A stretch of DNA of 64,000 nucleotides, from NCBI GenBank assembly GCA_964016885.1, contig OZ024759.1, positions 15,128,001-15,192,000 of the forward strand. The letters are read 5' to 3'. Below the pieces are notes generated by a model. That model did not search any database, was not told where the DNA came from, and saw only the letters and a list, made by a program, of their open reading frames with translations. Positions 14,322 to 28,057 of this stretch are shown here, one piece after another. This DNA is from Eledone cirrhosa. Its lineage: Eukaryota. The translations under genes and the position numbers were made by a program. Numbering within the stretch: position 1 is the first letter of the stretch; each line of letters begins with the position of its first letter.

Positions 14322-14686
14322 CATATGTATATATATATAAATATATATGTCTATATTTATATACATATATGAATATATGTGTAAAACTTTATTATTATTA
14401 TATAGATATATATATAGATATTTTTAAATATTTATATATATATTTATATATTCATATATATATGCATATATTTATACAAACATACATACATATATATACA
14501 CATATATTTCTTTATACACACACATAGAAATACATGTGTATATAAATCTCATATCTATCTCTGACTTATATATTGCCGTATTATATAACCATTACCGGAG
14601 ACAGCTGTTTATTCCGACTAAACATGATAGCAACATAAAACAATAGAGATTTCATAGCTTCCTTTGTATGTACACATGGGAACCTC

Positions 14687-15520
<834 letters not shown>

Positions 15521-15758
15521 ATGATCATACAAACGCATACCCATGTATATATAAACATATAGACAAATATATACAAACACATCTTATATGTATAAAGACG
15601 TATGCATACATCCATTGCAGACGCATGCAGATATACATATAAATGCACTCACAAATACTTACACTTTGGGTATACATATATATATATGAGAGAGAGGGAG
15701 ATAGAGATTTATATCGAAATATTTTATATACATACATACATACATACATAATATATAT

Positions 15759-15863
<105 letters not shown>

Positions 15864-16064
15864 TATATATATATACACATGCATGTATATACACATACAT
15901 ATATACAACATATATATATATATATATATATAAGTACGTAAGTTTATGCAACAAATCTATATTAATCGCGCTCTCTCATCATATATATATATATGTGTGT
16001 GTGTGATGTATATACATACATATATTTACACATACACACACACACACACACTCACACATACACT

Positions 16065-16134
<70 letters not shown>

Positions 16135-17249
16135 AACAAATTGCTTCTTACTTCAGCATTAATGCTGATGTTTAGCTATTCGTTTGCATCTGTCTTTCGC
16201 ATCAACTTCAACTTCAGTATTTTCTTGCAGCAAAACCAAATGTTGGCCAAGTGTAGGAGAACGTGTATAAAGTATAGCGAGTGACGAGAATGGGAGAGTA
16301 GAAAGCGAGAGACAGAGAGAAAAGGGTTTTAGCCAGAGAATAAAAGGAGTGGCCTTAGTAAATAATAGTGCACATACAACTATAGGAGTGGTTCCTGTAG
16401 TGATTTCATACGAGACCAACACTTGAAGAAGCATCATATATATATCATTGATTTATACAGCTTGGCCATTCTCACAAAATGTCAATGTTGACATTTGAAA
16501 GTTTCCTTGGCTCACTTCGTATTCTTCTGCAACTAATCAATGAACAATAGCAGAACTTGGAAAATGTTGCTGTATTCCTACTTGTATATTCGCAATAACT
16601 GCCAGCACAGTCAGGGACTGCAAAATACAATGGAAATTACACAATGCCATTTTTGTTGTACGTAAATTTTGTAGTTAACGCTGATTAAATGCTCTGCGGG
16701 TTTCGCTCTTACTGTTTAAGTTCTGGGTTCAAATCCCTTCGGAATCAGCTTTGCCTTTTATCGATTTGAGTTCGATAAAAAAATACACCTATATTACGGT
16801 TGATTCTTTCTATGTGCATCATTCTATGTTATGTCTATTTACTCTTCTACTTTAGAAGAAATCCGCTCTGTTCAGACCTGCAGTAGTATAGGCTGTGTTA
16901 CGTTTAAAATGGCATGACGGCGCCTATACAACTCTTTCAGGAGTTACCTGTCCATACATACATGTAAAAATTAGATAAGGCAACGTATTACTAGAATCCT
17001 AAACCATGAGATCAAATGTCCTGGTATCTACTCCAGCTCTTTACGTTCTGAAGTCAAATCCCGTCAACCTCAAATTTGCCTTTCATCCTTTCACGGTTGT
17101 TGGTCGAGAAATAAATTACCAACCCAATGGTTGTATAGGTGGGATTGTTAATGTGTTGAATGGGTTGCTTTTTATTATCTTAACCGTCTCTGTGCGTTCT
17201 GGGTTCAAATTCCACCTACTTCTGCCAAGTGTAGTAACATTTATCCAAG

Positions 17250-17465
17250 TATCGGCCGCTCTCTTATAGGTTTATGGTAGAGCCTGTAACATTGGAGACT
17301 TCCTGTGTTCTTCTAAGCACCCGAAGCACGTCTCCTCAGTGCTAACGGAGCGGATCTGGCCGCCCGCAGGCGTGAGCCCCACGAGTTGGAGTGATTGTCC
17401 AACGCATCTCTCTCACCGTCCTCCGGAGCAATGTATTCTCCATCCTGTTGGTCAGAACCCAGAGG
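17250..17465 (+). mobile_element. CRE-like 3' fragment (degenerate)
   Basis: CCGCAGGCGTGAGCCCCACGAGTTGGAGTG..CGCATCTCTCTCACCGTC aligns to 5612-5700. Confidence 0.65.
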
Positions 17466-17845
17466 CGGAGGGAGGGTAAATTAGTTGGAGATGGGAGATA
17501 TTCGTTCAGACGTCACTTTTCTCTATTTCTATATATAAATATAGCTTGAATCAAGGATTTAACAAAAGTTATTTTACAAAACAATGAAGTAGACGCCAGT
17601 AGTTTAGAATTTACGCCATTTTAGTGTAGCAACCGGCAGATAGTAACAGATTTCGGAACATCGATAAATATAAACATTTTGTCTTTGTTTCAATTTCACA
17701 ATCGGTTCCAATTTCTGTATTGCAACAGTCTGGACACGTATTTCGTTGCCGTATTTCTTGCGAGAGGCTTGAGATGCTGGCATCACAATCATGAAGCTCC
17801 TGTTTCAAATACACTGAACGAAACGTTGAATAAATGACATAAATA

Positions 17846-18036
17846 TAATTGTTTCTATTTTAGGTACAAGGCTAGAAATTACCCTAGTACATTACTGGTT
17901 CTTTATTTTATCGACCCCGTAAGTATGAAAAGCAAAGTTAACCTCGGTGGGATTTGAACTCAGACCATAAAGGGCCATAACTCCAGGCTGCAAAGCATGG
18001 CGTCCGACACTCTACCGATTCTGCCAATGCACCGCC
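17846..18036 (-). mobile_element. SINE S1, full length
   Basis: Matches the S1 consensus end to end. Confidence 0.85.
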
Positions 18037-18045
18037 TATTGAAAT

Positions 18046-18690
18046 CATCATCATCATCATCCAACGGTCTCAGCCAAAATCGACTCAACAATTGATCTCC
18101 CCGTGGGTCTGTCGTGCATTACCGCTGCCAAATGCTGGATGTCAATACGAGAATCTCTGGAGATAACATAGGGGTAGGAGAACTTGCGCCCCCTGTTATG
18201 AGTGACTGCTTGTGGTTTTCAAAGCACTAATGGTGAATGGGGGCCAGCCTCAAAGGTGGCACGATGGCAGTGGCCAGAAAATATTACTCTCCTTTTACTT
18301 ACAACACAGATAAGCGTGAGATGCCGGCATATATCTCTCTCAAAGTCAGATGTCGCCAGCTTATGTTCTAAATGCATTGAAGCAAGCGAGTGTAAGTGCC
18401 ATTAAGGTGCTTTTGTTGCCTGGATGAAAGCGTCCATGTTTAACTTCCATATAGCAAGATTGGTTGAATTGTTACTTGGAAGAGTCTGATCTTGGTGTGG
18501 TTGGAAAGATTTGAGCGCCAAACACGATCCATTTTGTTGCAAGCTGACAATGCTTGGGCCTTTCTGGTGGCAAAATCCTTCTCAGAGTCCATGAACCAGG
18601 ACCGAAGATACTTAAATTCCTCGACTTGCTTGATATCATTGCTTTGATGTTGTTGCCTGTACAGTTTGATATGTACTCTGAAATAGATAT
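18046..18690 (-). mobile_element. RTE/RTE-X LINE 3' fragment with (GAT)n tail
   Basis: Minus strand gives VEEFKYLRSW..RKAQALSACNKMDRVWRS..ILLYGS*TW..GTYTRLL..ISWRH..FSGHCHR..AVMHDR; (CAT)n on + at 18046-18060. Confidence 0.8.
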
Positions 18691-19025
18691 ATTACACCTA
18701 AATGAAATATATATAATACTATGCAAGGTTTAATTACGACTCTTCCCGTTTCAATTCCATTGCATCACATTTTTCTTATCCTTGATCCGAGACTTATAAA
18801 TGCCTCTTATATATTGCACCTGTTATAAAATATTTTATAACAGAGATCGGGAATGGCAAAGAAATTTATAACGTTGCTATTGTTTAACAAAAAAATTAGT
18901 TCATTCGTGGCTGTAGCTCACTCAGGAATTGGAATTCAGAACTTTAACAAGAATATATTAATAATGATTATTGTATTAATATATAAATATTCAAGTAAGA
19001 AGAAAAAAACAACCAAAGGAAAATA

Positions 19026-19061
<36 letters not shown>

Positions 19062-19242
19062 GTATAGTTATATTTATATATACGTATGTGTATATATGTA
19101 TGTAAGTGCATATATATATATATTTGTGTATATATATATATATATATATATATTTGTGTATATATCTATATATATATATAAATATATGTATATATATGTG
19201 TATATGTGTGTATATGTATATATGTATATATATATGTGTGTG

Positions 19243-19274
<32 letters not shown>

Positions 19275-19302
19275 AGCATATATATATGTGTGTGTTTATA
19301 TA

Positions 19303-19357
<55 letters not shown>

Positions 19358-19420
19358 CATATATATATATATATATACATATATATTATATATATATACA
19401 TATATATTATATATATATAC

Positions 19421-19485
<65 letters not shown>

Positions 19486-19504
19486 CATACATATATATAT
19501 ATAC

Positions 19505-19572
<68 letters not shown>

Positions 19573-19794
19573 AGAGAATATCGTCAAAACCAGGAAGATA
19601 CTTGATATGTCACAGTTAGACTGGTAACTTAAGATGTCGTATTTACGCTGTAAAAAGAAATCAAATGTGATGGAAATTCTAGATATTGGTTTATGCTAAT
19701 AAGTTTAGGTTTACCATCACAGACTGGTGGATACGATGTAAAGGAGACAACAGTAAAAATGGTACTCATAAGTATATAACAAGAAACTACTACA

Positions 19795-20788
19795 GGGAGG
19801 TAGAGTGAGAGAGGGGGGTGAGAGAAAGAGAGGAGTTTGAGAGAGAGAGACAGAAAGAGAGAGTCAGATAGACAGTGAGAGAGGGAGGGATAGAATGAGA
19901 GAGTGAGAGGCAGGGAGAATGAGAGAGAGAGAGAGAGATAAAATGAGAGAGTGAGATGCAGGGAGAGTGAGAGAGAGAGATAAAATGAGAGAGTGGGATG
20001 CAGGGAGAGTGAAAGAGACAGTGAGAGAGACAGAGAGAATGATGCACAGAGAGAGGCTGTTTGTGAGAGAAAGACAGGGAGAGAGAGAGGGGATGAGAGA
20101 GAGACAGAAAGTGAGAAAGAGACTGGGAGAGAAAGAGAGAGGGAAAGAGAGATAGATACACAAACGTATACAGATATAGTTCATGAACCAACACACACAC
20201 ATACACAAACACACACACACAAACATACACAAACACACACGCACACACAAACACTTACACACACTCACACACACAAACACACACATACACACACATACAC
20301 AAAAACACACACAAACACGCACACACATACAAACACACCTGTACACACACGCACACACACACAGACACACACATATACGCACACACATAAACACACACAC
20401 AATGAGACGTTCTGACCCACATATGTACACGCGCACACACATACAGCTACACATATATATTTGATGGAAAACACACACACACTATAAATATATATTTGAT
20501 GACAAACAGACACACACATACGTATATTTGATGAAAAACACATACACACGCACATTATATATATATATAGTTGGTGAAAAACACACATACACACACATAC
20601 ATATGGTGAAAAACACACACATATATATATGGTGAAAACACACACATATATATATGGTGAAAACACACACATATATATGATGAAAAACACACCCACATAT
20701 ATAGTTGATGACAAACACATACACACATACATATATATATATTTCGTGAAAACTACATTCACACAGTATATATTTGATGAAAAACACA

Positions 20789-20790
<2 letters not shown>
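19795..20790. repeat. GA-rich tract, then CA-rich tract, then (GATGAAAAACAC..ATAT) repeat
   Basis: Direct inspection. Confidence 0.85.
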
Positions 20791-20862
<72 letters not shown>

Positions 20863-20892
20863 ATAAAATGTGGAGAGGAAGCACACGAGTTA

Positions 20893-20930
<38 letters not shown>

Positions 20931-21569
20931 ACAGGGAGAAAGAGACGATTATTGCCTAATCCTTTTTCTTAAATAAATTAAATATCATCCAGCAAGAATT
21001 GCTTCCCCCTGCATATTAACTCTCTAAAAAGGGAAATCATATGAAACCTCAGTCCACCATTTGCCTCCATCATGAAATCATGGATCAACTAAGCACTCTT
21101 GCTATATTAACACATTTTGATCTGCTTAACATTTTATGCTCAACATTACGCAAGTTTTTTTTTCTTTTTTCTTTTCACTTCATAAACCTTGTTTGTAAAT
21201 AACATTATTCTTTCTGCACCTTCTCTTTAACATGTGCGACACCACACTAATACATATCACTATCATTTGATAATGCATGAAAATGCTGAAACCGATAGTA
21301 GACAATTATTAAATATATAAATAGATAAATAAATGCCATTGTTAAATAATAAATAAATCGACTAATACCTTAACACTTCACACAAAGTAAAACATTTCGT
21401 TTTAATCATTTTCTAACCTAGAAAAAAAAGAGAGAGAACTAAAAAAGGAAAATATATATTTGTCTCTTTCTCCCTGTTTTTATATATATATATATATATG
21501 TGTATATATATATACATATATATATATACATATATATATACATGTATACACATATATATATACATGTAT

Positions 21570-21606
<37 letters not shown>

Positions 21607-21649
21607 CATACATATATATATATATACACACATATATATATATATACAC

Positions 21650-21682
<33 letters not shown>

Positions 21683-21727
21683 TATACATATATACACATA
21701 TACATATATATATATATATATACATAC

Positions 21728-21758
<31 letters not shown>

Positions 21759-21935
21759 GTTGTTATATAGTAAGATGCATTATTGGTTGTGTAAAATGGT
21801 CCAATAACTTATGTTAGCAATATTAAGTTCTCCACGCTTTTGTATATCTCCAATTCCATTCAAGGGAACAGCTAGATGATGTAAAACGGAGTATAAGTAT
21901 CAAAATGAAAATCCGAAGGCAAGGTAAAATTACAA

Positions 21936-22024
21936 TCATTTAATCACGACACATGTTTCAATAAGAAATAGATCGATTGTGCAGCCATGATCGATTATCA
22001 CTGATCTCATCAGATGAAAATGAA
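21936..22024 (-). ncRNA. Type I hammerhead ribozyme motif
   Basis: Minus strand: TTTTCAT-CTGATGA-stemII-GAAA-CATGT-GTC-GTGA. Confidence 0.7.
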
Positions 22025-22152
22025 TTGTGTTCAAATTCTTGATATGAGGGAGAAAAAATAACAATGTTCTCACACAGAATTCATTCCCTCATATGAATTA
22101 TGTGTGAGAACATCGTTATTTTTTCTCCCTCATATCAAGAATTTGAACACAA

Positions 22153-22241
22153 TTCATTTTCACCTGATGAGATCAGTGATAATCGGTCATGGCTGCACAA
22201 TCGATCTATTTCTTATTGAAACATGTGTCGTGATTAAATGA
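22153..22241 (+). ncRNA. Type I hammerhead ribozyme motif (GUC site, predicted cleavage after 22229)
   Basis: Stem I TCAC/GTGA extended by TCATTT/AAATGA; CTGATGA 22164-22170; GAAA 22218-22221; stem III AC-ATGT-GT; C17. Confidence 0.75.
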
Positions 22242-22390
22242 TTGGAATTTTACCTTGCCTTCGGATTTTCATTTTGATATATATATATATTGTTATACTT
22301 GGGGAGTGTCATATTGTTATAATTTTGCCAGAAATATGAACGGAACTCACTCAGTGTTTTGTTTGGGTTGGTTTTCGCTTCTGTATCTTC

Positions 22391-22475
<85 letters not shown>

Positions 22476-22477
<2 letters not shown>

Positions 22478-22780
22478 AAGGCGGGTAAAATTCCCGAGAT
22501 CCATGGACGAGTTCTCTCCAGCGGTCTCTGTCCCTCATTATCGCTGCCATCAGTATACACTGAGGATGAAAATATCAGAGCTGTATGGGAGCATCCCAAA
22601 AGTCAGCTCAAAAGTGACACAGAGGAGACTGAGGTTGGCTGGACATGCTCACCGACATCCAGAGTTGACATTGCACTCAGTGCTCCTTTGGGAGCCCCTA
22701 GATGGACACACTAGAAGTGGAAGACCAAGGTTAACATATGTTGATGCCCTAAGGACAGACACTGGTCTGTTGGAGATGCA

Positions 22781-22786
<6 letters not shown>
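22476..22786. mobile_element. RTE-X-like LINE 3' fragment with 5' inversion
   Basis: 22476-22550(-) encodes [24 protein letters not shown]; 22551-22786(+) encodes [36 protein letters not shown]; uninverted homologue at 38228-38602. Confidence 0.85.
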
Positions 22787-22832
<46 letters not shown>

Positions 22833-23017
22833 GCAGTAAGAGTATCTGAAACACATTTTAATTTCACGATAATTCTAATTCGTTCATATAATTAGAGACG
22901 ACCTCACCCATTTCTATCACTGCCGCATGCCCCACCATTCATGATGACCCATTCCCCCTTTCACCCACCCCTCAAATCTAAAGTCACGATACAAGCTAAC
23001 ATTAATATAATCATACG

Positions 23018-23605
23018 AACAATTAGAACAATATATTTACACATGTTCTTTGATATTCTATATATTTTCTATATGAATGTCTAATACACTTGTACATACA
23101 TACATATATATATATATATACATACATATATATATATATACATATATATATACATATATATATATACATACATACACATGTACATATACATACATATATA
23201 TATACATATATACATATATCCATGTATATATACATACATATATATATATATATACATACATATGTACATACATATATATATATATGTATATATATCTTCC
23301 TTGAGAGTAACAATTAGAACAATATATTTACACATGTTCTTTGATATTCTATATATTTTCTATATGAATGTCTAATACACTTGTACATACATACATATAT
23401 ATATATATATACATACATATATATATATATACATATATATATACATATATATATATACATACATACACATGTACATATACATACATATATATATACATAT
23501 ATACATATATCCATGTATATATACATACATATATATATATATATACATACATATGTACATACATATATATATATATGTATATATATCTTCCTTGAGAGTA
23601 ACAAT
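23018..23605. repeat. Apparently exact 291-bp tandem duplication that includes the LINE 5' junction
   Basis: AACAAT at 23018, 23309 and 23600; identical ORF translations offset by 291. Confidence 0.9.
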
Positions 23606-24954
23606 ATGCTGAACTCCAACCAGCATGGATTCCGTAATGGAAGGGATTGCCTGACGCAACTACTGCATCACTTTGATGACATTTTGAGAGCCTTGGGAGA
23701 GGGTTCCAACACTGATGTTATCTACCTTGATTTCAGCAAGGCCTTTGACAGGGTTGATCATAACATTCTACTGAGAAAGCTGTCCAATATTGGTGTCACT
23801 GGAAAGCTGCTGCAGTGGATCAAGAGCTTCCTGTCAAACAGAACCCAACATGTTGTAGTTGAGGGAGTCAAATCAAGCCCAGCCAAAGTCAGTAGTGGAG
23901 TCCCACAAGGCACTGTGTTGGGCCCACTTCTCTTCATCATCTATATTAATGACATCACTGACATCATCAAACACAGCAACATTAAAATTTTCGCTGATGA
24001 TTCCAAGCTCCAAAAGGTCATCAATGGCGTGGATGACCGGATAAGCCTTCAGTCAGACCTACTGGCTGTTACCCAATGGGCAGAAAAGAACAACATGTTA
24101 CTGAACGAAGACAAATTCGAACTGATCCACTTTGGAAAAGAGGATGCTCTGAAACTCCCGTACTCCCTTCCCTCCGGGGAAACTCTCGTGGCATCTAACA
24201 ACATCAGAGACTTGGGAGTAACCGTGGACAGCAACATAAGCTGGACCACGCATATAAGCAGCAAAGTTGACATGGCCCGCAGAATGTGTTCCTGGATCCT
24301 CAGAACCTTCCAGTCGAGAGATTCCCGCACCATTATCCTTCTCTTCTCTACTTTCGCCCGACCACACCTTGAATACTGTTGTCCACTGTGGTCTCCCCAC
24401 ACGAAACAAAGTATCATGAAACTTGAAGCTCCTCAAAGGGCAATCACGAAAAAGATAGATGGCATGTCAGACCTTGACTACTGGGGTCGATTGGAAAACC
24501 TGAAACTTTACTCACTCCAACGTCGCCGTGAGCGTTATATTATCTGCATGATGTGGAAAATGTTCCATCATCACTGCCCAAATGATGTTGGCATCGCCTT
24601 CAAGATACACCCAAGGCTTGGGCCCCGTGCTATCCGTCCCATTCAAAAATCTAAATCGCAACTCATAACAACAATACGGCACAATTATTTCACCTCAATC
24701 GGCCCTGCTCTCTTCAACATCACACCAGGACACGTCAAAACAGAAACTGACCACACAAAATTCAAGAAGTCTTTGGACAAATTCCTCCAAGTAATCCCGG
24801 ACAAACCACCCACACCCGGATATGTCTCCGCAAACAGTAATTCTCTTCTCGAATGGGCCATGGTGCCCAAATCCTGAATTGAAAGACTTCGCCAGGTGGT
24901 GCTATTAAGTTAGACATGGCCTGGGCCAATACTGGCCAAAACATTTCAAAGTTA
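23587..24954 (+). mobile_element. CR1-group LINE copy 1, 5'-truncated
   Basis: Nearly identical to 58137-59513; RT motifs [18 protein letters not shown]; one TTCAAAGTTA tail unit. Confidence 0.95.
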
Positions 24955-25028
24955 TATATAGATATACATACATATATATGTACATAAATACATATATATG
25001 TACATACATACATATATACATATATATG

Positions 25029-25078
<50 letters not shown>

Positions 25079-25298
25079 CAGATACATCTGTATATATATA
25101 TATACATATATACATACATACATATGTATATATATATACATATATACATACATACATCTGTATATATTTATATACATATATATACACACATCTGTATATA
25201 CATACATAAATATGCATACATATATACATACATATATCTTCACATATATACATAAATATTTGTATATATACTTACATATAAATAGATACATACATACA

Positions 25299-25360
<62 letters not shown>

Positions 25361-25567
25361 TACATGCACACACATACATAAAAAAACATACATACATATA
25401 TACCTACATGGCAAAAACTGAAATTATACAACCAGAGGAACATACATACATGCACACATACATAAAAACGAACATACAGATATATATATATATACAACAT
25501 ATATGTTGATGTTGATTTAAAACTGCACTATTCACAAGTGTATTTTAACCTTCACATCTTGTCTCCC

Positions 25568-25638
25568 TATTTTATCTGATGAAAACGCAAATATTATTGC
25601 ATGATGATATTTGTTTTTGAAATGCGCATAATAAAATA
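25568..25638 (+). ncRNA. Type I hammerhead ribozyme motif with palindromic stem III
   Basis: TATTTTAT-CTGATGA-(stem II CAAATAT/ATATTTG)-GAAA-TGCGCA-TA-ATAAAATA; perfect 8-bp stem I. Confidence 0.75.
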
Positions 25639-25761
25639 CATGGAACTCTTTTAACCATCTTTTGATCTTATATATTATTTATACTCCAGTCCTACACACT
25701 GTAGAGTGCTTCTTATCCGATTTCTGCATTGCTTTATTGTACTACGATAAAACTCACCCCT

Positions 25762-25817
<56 letters not shown>

Positions 25818-25818
25818 T

Positions 25819-26023
25819 TTTGTGTATGTGTTCTATGTACGTCTGTGTGCGCGTACTATATATGAGTCTGTGTTATGTATATATATATATATGTATATAT
25901 ATATGTATATATATATATATTTATATATATATATATATATACATATATATACATATATATACATATATACATAACACAGGCTCATATAAAGTACGCGCAC
26001 ACAGACGCACATAGAACATATAC

Positions 26024-26028
<5 letters not shown>
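25819..26028. repeat. Fold-back element: about 60-bp inverted arms around a TA spacer
   Basis: GTTCTATGTACGTCTGTGTGCGCGTACT..GTGTTATG vs CATAACAC..AGTACGCGCACACAGACGCACATAGAAC. Confidence 0.75.
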
Positions 26029-26061
<33 letters not shown>

Positions 26062-26554
26062 TGCTCTCCTGCTCCCCTGTTCTCTCTGTTTCTCTTACCT
26101 TCTTTCGTCCCCTCTGTCAGTTAACACTTTCTCTCGACTGACCTCCTCCTCGCACTTCCACTCACTCACTCTCTGTTTCTCCCCTTCTCACTTCCTCCCG
26201 TTCGCTAGGAGAGGGATTCTTTCTTTCTCACATCCCCTTCACAGCGAAAGGTCTGTTTCCTGAGCGCTCATGAAATTCACCCAGCTTATGCTGATCGGAT
26301 AACCATGTTGCTTGTTTTTCTTCCCATCTTCGGTTAGCTTTTCCTTCTATGTTGTTTACTTGTCTCACTCGCTTTACGCGTTTCACTTGTCCCAATAGCT
26401 TATTTTAGTTATTGCTCGCACCAACCTGAGGTATATGATTTTTAATGCGATGAAATACCAATGATGGTTGGCAAATGACTGATGAGGGACTAATTTTATA
26501 ATATGTAATCCATGTGCAACCATGCAGTATTCTTCACCCCATGTTTTTCATATA

Positions 26555-27735
26555 TATATGTGTGTGTGTGTGTGTTTGTAGTATGTATATATGTATGATT
26601 GTCAAACGTGTAAGTATCTCACTGTACGTTGTATGTATGCGTGTATGTGTATGTACAGCTAACGTGTATATCCATTATGTATGTATGTATGCTTGTGTGT
26701 ATGTATGCATGCATGTGTGTGTTCACTATGTATGTCTGTTTATGTGTATGTTATGTATGTATGCTGCTTGTGTGTATGTATGTATGCATGCATGTGTGTG
26801 TTCACTATGTACGCCTGTATATGTGTATGCTGCTTGTGTGTATGTATGCATGCATGCATGCATGTGTGTGTTCACTATGTACGTATGTCTATGTGTATGC
26901 TATGTATGTATGCACGCATGTGTGTGTTTCGTGTATATTCACTATGTACGTCTGTACATGTATATACTGGATATATATATGGACGTATATGTTTTGTGTG
27001 TATGTAAAACATACGTCAGTGTATCTGTACTATATATGCCTGTGTGTATGTGTTCAGGTAGCGTATATATATATATATGTGTGTATATATACATGTATGT
27101 GTGTGTGTTTTGTGCGTGGGTACTATGTACGCCTGTGTGTATGTGATATGTAGGTAGCGTCTATATGTATGTATGTATATATGTATATATATATATATAC
27201 ATATATGTGTTTACGCCTGTGTCTGTGTACTATATATATATATGTGCCTGTATCTATGTGTACAAGTAGCGTGTATATGCATCTATGTATGCCTGTGTGT
27301 ATATATGTCTGTGTGTATGTTTGTCTCTGTGTATGAGTGTATGTGTTTATGTATGTATGTGTTTATTTATAAGTACAGGTAGCGTGTATATGTATGTATA
27401 CATGTATATATGTCTGTGTGTATGAGTGTGTACTAGTAGCGTGAATATGTATGTATATATGTATGTGTATCAGTGTGTACTAGTGGCGTGTATATGTATG
27501 TATATATGTATGTGTATCAGTGTGTACTAGTGGCGTGTATATGTATGTATATATGTATGTGTGTATCAGTGTGTACTAGTGGCGTGTATATGTATGTATA
27601 TATGTATGTATGTATCTGTGTGTACTAGTAGCGTGTATATGTATGTATATATGTATGTATGTATCTGTGTGTACTAGTAGCGTGTATATGTATGTATGCG
27701 TATGTGTGCATGTATGTTTGTCTGTACAGGTAGCG
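26555..27735. repeat. TG/TATG-rich compound minisatellite (TTCACTATG and ACTAGTRGCGTG units)
   Basis: Direct inspection. Confidence 0.85.
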
Positions 27736-28057
27736 TGTTAATACCTATTATTTTGCAATGAGAGATTTTATTCTATATTTTATGTGATTAAAATGTCTAC
27801 AACATATCTAGAAGATCTTTCTTTCATCTCCCAGAGCTCTCAAATTTCAATCATTATTGTAACCATATTTCAAATTATTCTCATGATTTCGGATTATTTT
27901 AGCCGTGATTAATATAATAATTGTCTCTACTTTGGCACAAGACCAGCTGTTACACCAGTGCATGTCTGATACTGTATCTTATCGACCTGTAAGGATGAAA
28001 GGCAAAGATAACCAACACACGCATCTGTTGGTTTTCACTTCAATTTATTATACATTT

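Larger units (their letters stand above)
21898..22279. repeat. Long inverted repeat (about 185-bp arms, 8-nt spacer); probable head-to-head Penelope-like terminal repeats
   Basis: 21898-22084 is the near-perfect reverse complement of 22093-22279. Confidence 0.9.

Noticed and set aside
21260-21305. Additional hammerhead (TTGATAA-TGCAT GAAA ATGCT-GAAACCG)
   Set aside because: Multiple core mismatches and no clear UH site; too degenerate to call.
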